Below are positions 37,135 through 50,951 of a DNA stretch of 64,000 nt, one piece after another. The DNA lies in contig NC_134027.1 of assembly GCF_964204645.1 (NCBI RefSeq), positions 13,238,485 through 13,302,484 on the forward strand, given 5' to 3'. A program made the position numbers and the translations under genes. Source of the stretch: Tubulanus polymorphus (taxonomy: Eukaryota > Animalia > Nemertea). The stretch's first letter is position 1. Each line of letters starts with the position of its first letter. A model generated the notes under the pieces. That model worked only from the letters and a program-made list of their open reading frames with translations, searched no databases and had not been told where the DNA came from.

Positions 37135-40100
37135 CTCATTATGAGAATGCCGGTTTGCTAGCGTATCTATTTAACACCCGTATTGCTCGGGTTAGTTTTA
37201 CTATCAACGGGTGGCGCTGTGTGTAAATTTCACATAAATCAACGACTTTCGGCTATTAGCGGTACTTAAGACCACTTGAAAACATCATAGTCAATTACGG
37301 TAGTAGTGAACATAAAAAGATACAGTACAAAGATACGGTACGGTGTACAGTTAAGGACATGATTCCATAGCACCCATACTAGAGACATTTTGTTCAGACA
37401 AGGACTATTAGTTAAACACTAATCTTCATTATCAGCAATTAACGATCTGGTGAATTAATTAGTGATTCGGTCTTTCGGTGGTTCGAGATAAAATGCCCGC
37501 AAAATAAGAACCTAACAAACTAGGGCTGACCACAAATTGCCCAACAGATAAATTTTCGAAACGACACAATCCAATCATGTTTGGTATCAAATGTGGCGTG
37601 GACCATGGTCTTTTAACTGACCAATGCATGACCAGTACTGACCATATAGTAAATTATTTGTTTGCAAACAATTAAGTTGTTTGGTGTCAAATAACTAGAT
37701 ATGATGTGGGCATTAATCTAAAAATTGTACAGACCAGTTATCAGTGCTAACCAGAACCCCCATAAGTAATTTATATGTTTAGTGAATCCTTCGTTAGTAC
37801 TACTAGCTCTTACATTTAAATGTGTCGCTTGAAAAAGTCTTGTCCGATTTTTGTTGTAGGTGGCGAGCTAACTTTGAAATTCCGCTAAAATGCATACGAT
37901 TTTTACGTAGGGTTTTGAACGAACAACGTTTCCATTTGTAATTGTAACGTGCGCATTTGAGCCTGTAACGTGCACATTTCGCTCGCGTGAACGTGCGTAT
38001 CGGTACCAACATGCGAGACTTGTCAAACTTTTACGATCAAGACTTTTAAACTGAACAAAGAAGATATCATATCATATTGTATATACATGAATAGATGGAA
38101 TGATAATGTAGTAGTTTTAAATGTTTCGTAGCTGCTGTCCACTGACCAAAGATCAAAAGCTAATATCCTGATATGAAATATATTTTTGTTATAGAGATGT
38201 AGTAGATCAGTGAGAATTCAAACTTATGGTTAATTTTGAGTGATCACAACGCTAACCAATAGAGAAAGCTATAAGGCTTAGAAAAGATGCATTAAGTATA
38301 ACATATCTTTCAATATAATGATGAAGTATTCAACTGGCCATCTGATCACAACAATAGTGTGACTTATCTTATTGAAAAATACCGGAGTGTTAATGAGAAA
38401 ACCTTGAATTCGAAACAATTCCACACCCAATCGTTTACTTTGAAAACACAATTTGCATTTTGTGGACATGTATTTTTTTCTGCACCAAAAGCATGAAGTA
38501 TATTATCTTTGCTTGTAAAAATTTGAAATTTTGGGGAAGATTTTTGGCCTCGTTAACCTGTGAGCACTTCCTTCATATATTTTCTAAGACCGACCCTTGA
38601 AATAATGCTGAGAGTTTCGAGGATAATTTTGGTAGGATGTAAACTTAGGCTGCTTTGTATCCGTGGAGGGTTGCTAATTATTGATTCTATATACAATAAT
38701 CATAAGTACCATGAGATTCGATAGAATATCGTTTTTCAATCATACGTACACGAATTATCGCGATATAAAGATAAATAATATGTTCATATACTTTTTACGT
38801 CTTATACTGTATATTTCTTTAGTAGTATGGATAAAGAGGGGATCAGCAGGCCACCTGAGACCATTCCACGATCTAAGGTCAGTTGCCAAAAGTTAGTAAG
38901 TTTACCAGTGGATAGTTAACATTTATAATGACGATTAAATTTTCATTGCTAAAATAACTTTGTACTTGTTGACTCAAAAGCAGAGAATTGAAAATACGAT
39001 AATACGATACGAAAACTCAGTGTACAAATTCAAAAAGATTATCTCTAGTGAGAGATCGAACAATGTGTCGTAATTTTCTAATGATAAAACATGGTTTGAA
39101 ATTTGAAATGTGTACATACGTAGTTGATATTTTTCAGTGTATTTAGTCATGTATCATATTGGATGATGGTTAATTTAAATTATCTTTTCAGAAACGGGTC
39201 CCAGAGCTGTATCCTTTACTCCTGTAATAGAGGATGCATCTATTTGCGACAAACAGCTAGTGCAAATAGCTAGAAAAGGTAACAATAGTGCATTGGGAAA
39301 CTGAGAGCAAGCGTACATTGGTTGTTCAGGTTTTTTGAAGGGGAGAATTTGTGGGAAAATTAATCATTACTGAGATATATCCGTGGCGAGCTTTTCCAGG
39401 GATTTAAAAAGTTGAGCTGTACACAAGGAATTTTGTGTAGTCCAATATCCGTGATTACCTCTGGCGTGGAGAGATACAATCTAAAACCAACCCTAGAGTC
39501 AAATATTTTACCACAATTTTTTATGATCAATAAAAATATTGAGTAATAGACATTCAAACAGTATTATCTAAATTCCACTCCATTTTAAACTCATTCATCT
39601 CTTCACAAACTCCAACTTGTTGAACAGTCCACATTAAAATTAGGGACCACTATTCTTGCTCATCTACACACTGGCTACCAATCTAACAAAGGATTAAATT
39701 TGAGTGTTTGATGTTATAACAATACCAGACTGAGTTATGGATTCGGTTTCTACTTTTTGATTAAATATTCATATCACATATTGGGCATCATTTTTACCAG
39801 TATATATGGAATAACCTATCCATATATCATGTTCAATTTTATATAATCTGACTTTTGAGATGTCATTCAATCAATGCATTCACATGCGGTCGTCGCTTTC
39901 AATAGCCACCACGGACTGGCTCCTTATTATTTCTTTGGCGATACCATTGGCGGACGATCCCACACGTTTCTTGCTCCAGCCCTAGAATGCTCAATATTCG
40001 TCATGAACCCCGATTTGAATTTAAATTCAAAATACTCCTAAAACACACCTGTTAACTAGATTACTCTAAAACACCTTTATGTGCAAGAATCAGTGAAATT

Positions 40101-43100
40101 GGGGCTTTATCAGTTGTAGTCATCATTCGTACCCACGAATCTCGTATCGTATCCTATGAATGTGGAGACCCATCCTCGTAAAGAGAATGAATAGGCTCTG
40201 TATCGTTCATAATCATTTGATATGAGGCTACGTGTCATCTTCAATTGAAATCACGTTGTTTTTTCAAGGGTGGGCGAGAATATATTCTTATGTTTTTGTT
40301 TCTCTGAATGTTGCTATTTAAGAGTTCAATAATTTCAGTCTACCAAACAAAGGATTTTCCGTATGTTTCGTGACATGTTTTTCCATAACCCTAGGAGAGA
40401 ATTTTAGGTATTTTTTGCGGATGACCGAAAGCTGCTGTCCCTTTCTAGTAATTTGATGATATCCGTCGAAATCTAAATTCTAAAAAGGAATCAGGCATAT
40501 CTTCTTGTTTGACTAAATATGAACTCAACAACAAGTGACACTCCCTTCAAAGGCACCGAAGTAAAATCATGTGTCGAGTGGAGATGATATTGTGTCAGAA
40601 TTTCTTCAAAATCGGAGAAAATTGAATATTTTGAAAATAATCATTTTACATGTATGTTTAAATCCGTTATAACTGGAGCAATTTTCATGAAAAAATATCT
40701 ATGGAATCAGCGAAATGTAATTATGAAGAATACTATGTTTAAAAAGTTATCAAAGACATTGGAAAAAAGTTTTCTGAATTCGTCAACTGTTAAACTAGTA
40801 ACAACCAGATGTGTTCCCATTAAACCACCGACCGCGAGCCGAGTCGATGTGAGATGTGCCCTTCACTGAAAATCTCAAGTGCTATACAACCGGTTTTTTA
40901 GGTGCCTCTGAATGTCGGCCGTTAAAAAACTGAACAATTCCCATTTGGAAAGGGCCTACGTAGTTAGAGAAAATTCAAGATGTGTATATCGTGTGATACA
41001 GGCTCCATATTTCATGTGCGTTTGGAATTTAACCTTGTTTAAAACGAAACACGCATGTATTTATGCTATTTTAGATTTAAAAAGAGCGCATGAAAATGTT
41101 TCATGAGACCCGCAAATAACGTCAAGTTATTCATGCATTTTTGATTTATATGAATACATTTCGCTTCGAAATCTTTAAATTTCTCAGGTGGATTATTCAA
41201 TAAATTCACAACAGTCCATTATGGTTTAGTTTGACGCCAATCATTCTTTTAAAGATCTTTCTTTCTCGAAGAAAGATTTTCTTAAAAACTTTGATTATGG
41301 CGAATCTTTTATGTGTCCGATAGTTAAACCTTCGGGTATTATACTAGAACACAAATTTTTAAAGATATTCATAACATACTGAAGGATATCACAGTTTATA
41401 CCCGAAGATATGCAGTTTGGATAGATCTTTTTGTTTCGACTCGCATGCGACAGTAAAAACGGTACTTGATATAATAAGTGAACTTCATCATTGATATTTT
41501 CACTAATCTACTTGAATTCCAAAAAAAGAACTGACAATGAAAAAGGGTTACAGCTGTGACTGATATCACTCCAAATTTCAATTCCTATGAACACTTTTCA
41601 TATAAAGAAAACTATTAACGAAACAGTTTTTAGAGGCGAAGAATCCGCGTTACCATTGAATTTTCAAAACTTGAAGGAATGGTTAATGCCTCGGTGACCA
41701 CTGGTCTAGGACGCGGTTTTCTGAAATGAAAGTGGCCAAGTCTAAAGAACGACTATTGTATCACATGATTTCAAATATTAGGAACCCAATGCGTTTAATG
41801 ATTTAATTAATTGGTATCGCGCAGATTGGTTGAAAGACGAGTGTTAGTCACCTTGTGATTTAATTGTTTTTCATGCATCGATTAATTAATCTTATTATAA
41901 CTTATTTGTAGGCGCTTCCCGCAAACATTTTCTATTCGTTGAGTTTTCAATCGCAGTACTGTTCAGATGATTCGAGTCAAGTAGTAAAAAAGTTTATGTA
42001 TTAGCATTACTATGCAGTGAAAATAACGCACTGCGGTAAGTGAGGTGCTGTGATCCAGATGTGTAACCCATTTATGGGTAATAAATTTCCATCATGTCAA
42101 CGCCATTCAAAATCAGTAGCAAAACTTTCTGCTGGTTTCTAGAAATAGCAATATGAAGACAAGCACTTTCGAATTCGACCACGATATTTGAGAAGTTTCA
42201 CTTGGGCAGTGGTGGTCAGTGATGGTCAATTTATGAATTTTAATGGCGAATCCTTTCTAGTTTCACACCAAATGCGGTACCGGTATATCGTTCTTTCAAG
42301 AAGTTTCAATTGGTCAGTGGTGGTCAGTGATGGTCAATTTATGAATTTTCAATGGCGACTCCTTTCTAGTTTCACATCAAATGCGGTACCGGTATATCGT
42401 TCTTTCAAGAAGTTTCAATTGGTCAGTGGTGGTCAGTGATGGTCAATTTATTAATTTTCAATGGCGAATCCTTTCTAGTTTGACACCATAACGCGGTATA
42501 TCGTTTTCATATTCGAGAAGTTTGAATTGGTCATTGGTGGTCAGTGATGGTCAGTGATGAATTTGCAATGATGATTCCTTAGTAGTTTGAAAACAAACAT
42601 TACATGATGAATTTCCGAAATTCGAAGTCAAGTGTTCAGACTCGGGGATATCTCAATTGGTCAGTTACTGACCATCATGGTGTCACCATTGTGGTCTATA
42701 GCTCAAATGAAACATGTGGAACCGACGAAGGGGCCCAAAAGCGTTAAGTCATTTCCTGGAGTGACGTGATCCAAAAATGCCCTAACTGGAAAAGGCAGTC
42801 TCTCAATTGGATGAAACCAAATCGGACAGGACAATTAAAATTTGGGAGTCACAGGTAGTGGTCTTTCTACGAAGCCCACGCGGTGAGCGTATTATTATGA
42901 AATCTTTTTTTAAACCACCATGTACCACGAAGTAATAAGCATCGTTGTAAGCACTTGAAACAGCCATTAACCACTTGAAACTGTCAGATCAAACATCATA
43001 CCGCATCCCCGCAAAGAGGGGTGGATCAGCAAACCGGAGTTTTCATTGGCCTCTCTAGACTACCCCGCCAGTACGGGTAGCCGAGCAAACCGGAAAACTC

Positions 43101-43108
43101 ATAATGTG
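37135..43108. mobile_element. ~6-kb TIR-bounded insertion of unknown family
   Basis: ctcattatgagaatgccggtttgct / agcaaaccggaaaactcataatgtg; removing it rejoins gag in frame; no clear TSD. Confidence 0.6.
42190..42600. repeat. ~109-bp tandem repeat, ~4 copies
   Basis: gaagtttcaattggtcagtggtggtcagtgatggtcaattt... at 42192, 42300, 42409 and 42517. Confidence 0.85.
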
Positions 43109-43495
43109 ATTCCTTCCAAGGTTAGATGCCTCTTTCCCAACGCTCGCTATGTTCCGACCTACAGGTTGGAACCCAAACTCTTGCTCCAATTTTCTCGCTT
43201 CAACCACCATTTCCAGGTATGAATGATATAGCAACAGCGGACGCAGCCCAAGTTTAAATTGCCTGTTAAACAATCCCTGCCAAAACTGCGTCTTCAGTTC
43301 CACCTCATCAATCTGTCCAGGGGCACGACCCCGTATCTCCTCCAACCGGCACGCCCAGAGATTCACACTCTCTCGTCCCTACCTTGCTCTGCCGTATAAA
43401 ATTTTCCGTATACTTGTCTAGCAGTTAAAATCTCCCCAAACAGGGTATCCAGTCGATTGATCACCATGTTCAACGACAAATCTAGACCATACTCA
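43109..43495 (-). pseudogene. gag: Gag capsid part (PNMA-like Gypsy gag)
   Basis: MVINRLDTLFGE...KFYTAEQGRDESVNLWACRLEE...QFWQGL...LEMVVEARKLEQE. Confidence 0.7.
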
Positions 43496-43829
43496 CCCTC
43501 AAGGTTAAAAAAACAATCCGCAGTCTCAAATGTTTTGTGACTTTCTCAAAATGTATCAAAAATTTAACTAGTTTTTAGTTCATAAGTCCTCAAATATTCA
43601 TAAATGAACAGTTAAAAATTGTTGATACATGTCGACTCTGCCGTAAATCAACCTATTAACAGTCCGGAATGTGGGATAATGTCGGGCTTTAGGGAACATA
43701 GTGCCCCCGAGGTCTTCGCATTAACAGAAAAGATTACGTAAGTGATTCACGCGCAGCGCGCGATAGGCGGACAATAGAAATCTCGTTCGTTCTTTGAGTG
43801 TCACCAATTAAGAGGACCGCTATTGTGAA

Positions 43830-44128
43830 AATTGACCTTGGGAGGAATATTCCTCCCAAAGTCAATCGATGGAAACTTGACCAAGGGGTTCGATATTCAA
43901 ACAATTGACTTTGGGAGGAATATTCCTCCCGAGGTCAAACGAAGAGAATTTGACCTTCAGGTCTGATATTCAAAGTATTGACTTCGGGAGGAATGTTCCT
44001 CCCTATGTCAAACGAAGGAAAATGGACCTGGTCTGATATTCGAAATAATGTCATATGTCAACTGAAGGAAAATGGAACTGAGTCTAAGATTCAAAGTATA
44101 TTGTTTTAGGGAGGAATATTCCTCCCAC
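43830..44128. repeat. ~73-bp tandem repeat with palindromic core
   Basis: ttgac..gggaggaatattcctccc..gtcaa at ~43840, 43913, 43986 and 44109. Confidence 0.8.
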
Positions 44129-45056
44129 CAACCTGAATTTTTAGAAAGATAGGTATCGGTGTTTGTGGTGTAATTTGTTTTTTACTTTTTAAACAGTACC
44201 CAATAAAGCCAGGTAGATTTATGAATTTCGAGTGATACAATACACAGTACAGTGTTCGAGGTAATGAGACGGTTTGAAACATACATACAATTTTAGAAAA
44301 CTAAATAGATTTAGTATTTTCTTTGTCTAACAGTAAATTGTTGTAACTTTGTCGACCATGAATTGTAATCAGATTGTAATCAGGCGCTTCTCGATAAAGA
44401 TGTAGAGGGGAAATCGTAATTAAAACACGTGCATAACATAGAAATTAAGTTTAAGTTTTGATTATACAGGGAATATATAAGGACTGCTTACAAATTTTTG
44501 CAACACAGCTGCGATGAATCTAAATAGCTTAATACGGCACGAGTTTAGCTAATTTACGGGTTTAAAGGTTCATTTTCAGAGTCAATGGACGTAATTTGAT
44601 AAATGCATTCTTTAAATGGAAATTCTATAGTAATCGATACAAATCATTTACATTAAGTGTTTTGTGTTAATTAAGAATCGTCATTCAAGGATTAAAGATC
44701 ATTATGAAGCTGATACATTTCATTCATGTGGATTCTTCTCTCATTACTAGCGTAAATAGGAGATTCGCGTGTCACGTATAATAAAAATAAAAATATTCGA
44801 GTCGTATTTCTTTCATTAAAGGTCGAAAATTAGCCATTGTCCTAGTGTGCATTATTCTCATTTATACGTAGAAATAAAGTGTATTCGGTATGAGGGTTTG
44901 TTTCTTTCTTCACTCCTTTATACACAATTCAAAAATAGGAGTTAATAAGGAGATTTTTACTCCTCTAGCCGAACTCAGTTCCCATTCAGTTCAGTTCAAG
45001 TTTACATGCATGGGGATCTATGAAATAAGGGAAAATACAATCTAGCCACTGAACGT

Positions 45057-47223
45057 CGGTTCCTGAACTTCGCTGAAAAAGCTGAAACACTGAAACGCTG
45101 AATCGCTGAAATTAAAACGCTGATATTTCAGGGAATTTCCGAAAAACGCCGAAATTTCAGGGAATTCCCGAAAAACGCTGAAATCGTGCTAGGGACCGAC
45201 AATACACGTTTTGAAATTCTTTCCGGGCCGGTGTCCGCTGCCGAGTCCTGAACCGTCTTTTAGTCTCCACCTTCGGTTACAGAGACATGCATGGGCAGTA
45301 TGTGTGGAGTATACTTCTAGAGGGCCACTTGTTGGACAAATTAATTCGCTTGAAATCCGGATTTTTAATGCATACAGGCAGCATAATGAGGAAAACCCAT
45401 TCACAAACCGTGCAAGCCAACTTAAACACTATGCTCAATATTCCCTGCAAGACGCAAAATATCTTATTTGAACGTTCATGTATAAAACATGAAGTATGGG
45501 TCATACTGATTAGCGTCAACCAATTAATCTAAATCGGGCGAACCATTCAACAACTGTGAATAATTTATTTGCTGTGGCGTGATAATAATTATTTTTTTTT
45601 TGAAGAAATGACATACCAACTGTTAGGAAAATGTACCGATTCTTATTTTTAGACTACTACTGAATCTATAAAAGGAGGAGTCATAGACAAAGTTGATTTG
45701 CTTAGCTGGAGACACTTCTTGTCAAGTACTTCATCTCAAGTACTGGGTGTTTTGTAAGTTTAATTTCAGTATTTATTTATTAAGTGCTGTTCCCTCGAAC
45801 CGCAGTGCTTTCAAACTAGGCCCACCCCATAGGCTATATAGTCCAGGGTGTATTAGCCACTATTCTTTTATATCCTACTAAAATGCACCTTTTTCTATTT
45901 TTAGATTCAGGCTTAGAATGTGCAAATTCTTTGAGATACAGAGAAATCAGATGGCACCAGTAAACTTCAACTGCGAAATTTGCAGCAGGATAGCTGAACG
46001 ACACAATTTTTAAAAATAAGAAGGCTATTCGAATGCTATTTCAATAATAACTTGATTCAACCAGAGAGAAATAAGTCAATTGTGGATGTACAGTACACGC
46101 ACTTTTCTTCCCTGTTTCCTGGTACCAAATTTTTAGTCTTAAGCTAAGCGATATTCTAAGGTATGCTAGTGGATTTCATTAGAATATGAAGCAATGGAAC
46201 CAGAATTCTAGCCAGAGTTAAGCGAACTATTGATTCTGATATAGCCTAATGTAAGAACTGATTTCCTTTGTGTACTCTTGCAGAATATGTATTATTTCAA
46301 GCTGTTAAATAATATAGTTAGACAAACGTCCAATTATTGGATCTTTCTTGTTGACTCGTTTAATTTTGTGAGTTAAGAGTTCCAGTCAATCCACAATGTG
46401 CAGTGCCTAGCCTTCATCTACACTAAAGCCAAGCCTGTGTATGGGAAAATATCGTTCGACTCCTATAGGCCAGACAAATCAAAGCATGCAATACATTGCA
46501 GATAATAGTCTCCGGCAAGTCGAAAGAGAAAGTAAACCAGGTTTTACCCTATACCCTACCGGGGAACAAAGACACTTAAAGACTCCTTCCTCCTGGTAGA
46601 AATTGTTGAAATATGGCACCCAATCGTAGCAATGCTAAGTACAGTATACTATGACGGTTGAACCTTTATTAACGAATTTCAATGACACCGAAAATAGAAT
46701 CAAAATAATCATTAGTTCCATGCTAGCACTTAATTTGGGTTATCAGGTTCAGCCTAACTGTACTTTCATTCAGCTACTACTTGTATGAGACTTGGCAATG
46801 ATAAGTTGCAAGAAATCACCAAACATAAGAAAAAATATTGTGAATTAATATTACTGTAATTAAGAATTTATTCAATTGAAGTGATAACTTCATTGTTAGA
46901 TCGTACCGGTATATGCACATAAAACTATGGCAAAAAACACATCTAACAATCCACGCAATCCGCAATCGATCAAGTCGATCATGACGACGACCTTAAGGCA
47001 TGTCTTTGTAACCGAAGGAAGAGCATAAAACACGGTTCAGGACTCGTCAGCGGACACCGGCCCAGAATGATTTTCAAAACGTGTATTGTCGGTACCTAGC
47101 ACGATTTCAGCGTTTTTCGGGAATTCCCTGAAATTTCGGCGTTTTTCGGAAATTCCCTGAAATTTCAGCGTTTTTATTTCAGCTTTTCGGTGTTTCAGCT
47201 TTTTCAGCGAAGTTCAGGAACCG
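45057..47223. mobile_element. Non-autonomous DNA transposon with ~230-bp TIRs
   Basis: cggttcctgaacttcgctgaaa...gacatgc mirrored at 46998-47223; internal gctgaaa repeats; no TSD. Confidence 0.85.
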
Positions 47224-47224
47224 T

Positions 47225-50095
47225 TTAGATTCTTATAGATTTCTAGCAAGTTCATTAGATAATTTAGCAAAAAGTTTAGTTGATAATGATTTTGTTATAA
47301 CTCGATATTATTATCCAAATGAACAAGATTTTAAATTATTGAGATATAAAGGTGCAATTCCTTATTCATTTTATAAAACACACAATGATTTTAATGTAAC
47401 AGAATTATTAAAAGATCAATTTTATGATCAATTAAAAGAGGAGTATGTGAAAGGCGAAGTGTTTAATAGAACATTAAATATTCGGAACCATTTTAAGATG
47501 AAAAATCATGGTGAATTAGTTGATTTATATTTAAAAACAGATGTTATGATATTGGCTGACATATTTGAAAAATTTAGAGAAGTTAATTTGAATCATTTTA
47601 ATGTTGATCCTTGTTATTGCTACTCTAGTCCTGGTTTACCCTGGCAATGTGGTTTAAAATACACAAATGTAGAATTAGATTTATTAAAAGAACCAGACAT
47701 GGTTCTATTATTTGAAAAATCAATTAGAGGTGGAATTAGTGGTGTTATGGGAGATAGATATTTTAAAGCAAATGATGAATATAAATTATTATATATTGAC
47801 GCCAATAATTTATATGGTTGGGCAATGATGCAACCTCAACCATACAAAAATTTTATATTAACAGAAGTTGAAAATGGTGATAAAACTGATTGCGCAATTG
47901 CGAGTTTAAAAGATGAAGCACCAATTTGTTATTTCTTTGTAGTTGATTTAGAATATCCTGAAAATATAAAGTTTAAAACAAGAAACTTACCTTATTGCCC
48001 AGAACATTTAACCGTAGATGATAGTTATTTAAGTGAATACCAGAAGAAAATAAAACCGAAAGATCATGTTTTTACAGAAAAATTAATACTTACTCAAAAT
48101 AATAAATACAATTATATTGTTCATTATAGAATGTTAAAATTTTATCAAAAACAAGGAATGAAATTAAAGAAAGTACATAGATATATTGAATTTCAATCGA
48201 AGTGGTTAGAAAAATATATAGATTTCAATACTCAACAGAGAACCATATCAAAAACAGATTTTGAAAAAGATTTCTTCAAATTAATGAATAAAAGTTTTTA
48301 TGGTAAAACATGCGAAAATATTAGAAATAGAAATGATATTGAATTAGTAAATAATTCTGAAAGATTAAGACATTTACAATCAAGTCCTAGACATTTAGGA
48401 AATAAAAGATTTGAAGATTATTAACAGCAGTTAAATTAAAAAGAACGTCAATGAAATTTAATAAACCTATATTCATTGGTTCACCTGTTTTAGAAGTAGA
48501 AAAATTATTAATGTATGATTTTTATTATAATGTTTTACAACCACTTTTTGGGGAAAAGCATATTGAAATATTATATTTTGATTCTGTAACAGCAGACACC
48601 CCAATATCATTAAAATACAATAACCAAATATTAATTAGAAGAATTTCAGAAAAAATTCCAAAACAAAATGAATGTTATATTTCGTATGGTGAAAAAGAAT
48701 TAATACAAATAAATGAATTAATGGATGTTTGGACAAGAAATGGATGGAAAAAATTAAAGAATACTATTAGGCATAAAACAAATAAGAAAATCTATAGAGT
48801 TAGAACTAAATTAGGGTTTGTAGATGTTACAGAAGATCATAGTTTAATTAAACGAAATGGTGATGAAATAAAACCAACTGATATAAAAATTGGGGATGAA
48901 TTATTACATAAAAGATTTTTCCAAAGAATGAATCATATGTCATTTGATGAAATAATTGATAATATTTATAATATAGAACCCGAAACATTAGAAGAAAAAG
49001 AATATTTTATCAAAGGGGTTTTTATGGGAGATGGTTCAGCAGGTGTGTATAATTATGTTAGTGGAACTCAATATTGTTGGTATTTATGTAATCAGGATTT
49101 GAAATTATTAGAATGAATAAAGAAATACTGTGAAGAAGTTTATTCACATAAAACATTTAAAATCATAGATGTTATGAAATCATCACAATGTTATAGAATA
49201 CACGTGAATAATACTAAAGATTTTGCAATTAAATATAATGATGAATTCTATATTCATGCAATAGTGAAAAGTAATACTTCAACTAAAGAAAAGATAGTTC
49301 CAGATTATGTATTAAATGCAAAATATAATTTAAGAAAATAGTTCTTCATTGGATTCTATGCTGCAGATGGCACTAAAAAATTTACAAAACAGAAAACTAT
49401 ATCTTTAACACAAAAAGGAAAAGTTGCTATATCAAGATTAAATATATTATGCAGTTCATTAGGATTTAATATGAATATAGAATTAATTAAATCTAAACCA
49501 AATTGTTTTAATTTAAGGTATACAGAAAAAGATTTAACTGAAGAAGTTAGAGATTTATTCGAAATATATAAACCATCAGATTATGTTTATGATTTATCAA
49601 CTGAAGATGGAGCATTTAACTGTGGATTTCCATTAATAGCCAAAAATACTGACGCCTTCATAATAAAAATCAAGACAAATGACATAACAAAAGACTTAAA
49701 AAAATTAAAACATGATTTTGATTTTAGCAATTATCCTAAAGATCAGGAACTATTTAGCAATGATAATGAAAAGATTCCTGGTAAATGTAAAGATGAATTA
49801 GGGGGTGATGAAATGATTGAATTTGTTGGGATAAGAAGTAAAATGTATAGTTACAGAACAAAAGATCATGAAGCTAAAAAGTTAAAAGGAATAACAAAAC
49901 ATGTGGTTGATAAACATCAAGATTATATAAAGTGTTTATATAACTCAATTGTAATGAAACACAAAATGAATTGTTTAAGATCAGAAGATCACGAGATGTA
50001 CATTAATGAAGTTGAAAAAACTAGTTTGAATCCATTTGATGATAAAAGGCATATTTTAGATGATGGTATAAAAAACATTACCTTATGGTTATTAA
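47225..50095 (+). pseudogene. polB: Protein-primed family B DNA polymerase (5'-truncated, intein-containing)
   Basis: LDSYRFLASSLDNL, YLKTDV, IRGG, YIDANNLYGWAM, KLMNKSFYGK, YFD/TD, FVGIRSKMYSY, NPFDDKR; frameshifts near 48420 and 50075. Confidence 0.92.
48583..49647 (+). mobile_element. Intein with LAGLIDADG homing endonuclease (355 codons, two in-frame stops)
   Basis: YFD|SVTADTP...VTEDH...GVFMGDG...GFYAADG...VYDLST...IAKN|TD in a single frame; stops TGA 49114 and TAG 49339. Confidence 0.92.
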
Positions 50096-50945
50096 AATGG
50101 ATCAATATCATCAAACTCGAAATCACTATTGGTTTCTTCTTTTTCATTTAATTGTTCTTGTATAATTTGTTTAGGTTCTTCCATTTCATTTTTCTCATTT
50201 AAATAAAGTTCTATCTTGTACCACATTTCATCTCGCTCCTTTTGTTTCTTTTTGTTTGTTAATTCGTCAAATGGAATTATAATATCGATGTTTAAATAAT
50301 TTACAATCTTATTTAAAAAGAATTCATAATTAATTGAATCTGTTATTCTATTATCCACATAATATCTCAATATTTGTTTGAATGTTTCTTTTATATTTTC
50401 CATATCTTCTTCTGTTAATTTAGGTTTTTTATAATAATCGTTAAATAATAAATATAAATACATTTTCTTTTCTTGTGTGTTAAATGTTGATGGAATAATT
50501 GTTTTTATTATATCTTTTTTAGTTATTTCACCATTTTTATTTTCTATTATTTTCATTTTTTCAAGCCATTGCTTATATTGTGGTGTATGATCTTCCATAG
50601 AAAATATCTTAGATATTTCATCTAGATATTTTAATTTTGGTTCTATAAGAATATCTCTAGTTTTTTCATCACCCCATAAATTTTTTGCCATCCACATTCA
50701 TTACAAAATATCACAGGACCTTCTTGTCTTAAGTACACATAAATACATTTTGGGCATTTTTTTCTAACATTTCTTAGTAATAGATCTTCATTAAGCTCTT
50801 GGTATTTTCTTACGTTTTCTTTATGTTTCATTGTTCTATTATGTAGATTTGAATTACTTGTTGTAAAAATCAATTTACAATATTTACAATAATATGTTTT
50901 TCTTGTTAATTCATTATATTGTTTTTCTAACTTTTCGACTGTTTC
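50092..50945 (-). pseudogene. Polinton accessory protein with C2H2 finger and C4 ribbon (frameshifted, 5'-truncated)
   Basis: YYCKYCKLIFTTSNSNLHNRTMKH and CPKC...CNEC (50643-50945) overlapping the 201-aa ORF 50092-50697. Confidence 0.55.
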
Positions 50946-50951
50946 TTTATC

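Larger units (their letters stand above)
32370..43495 (-). mobile_element. Decayed Ty3/Gypsy retrotransposon, gag interrupted, 5' LTR absent
   Basis: Minus-strand gag, PR, RT, RH and IN fragments; polypurine tract and probable 3' LTR at ~32370-32808 (lower boundary uncertain). Confidence 0.85.
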
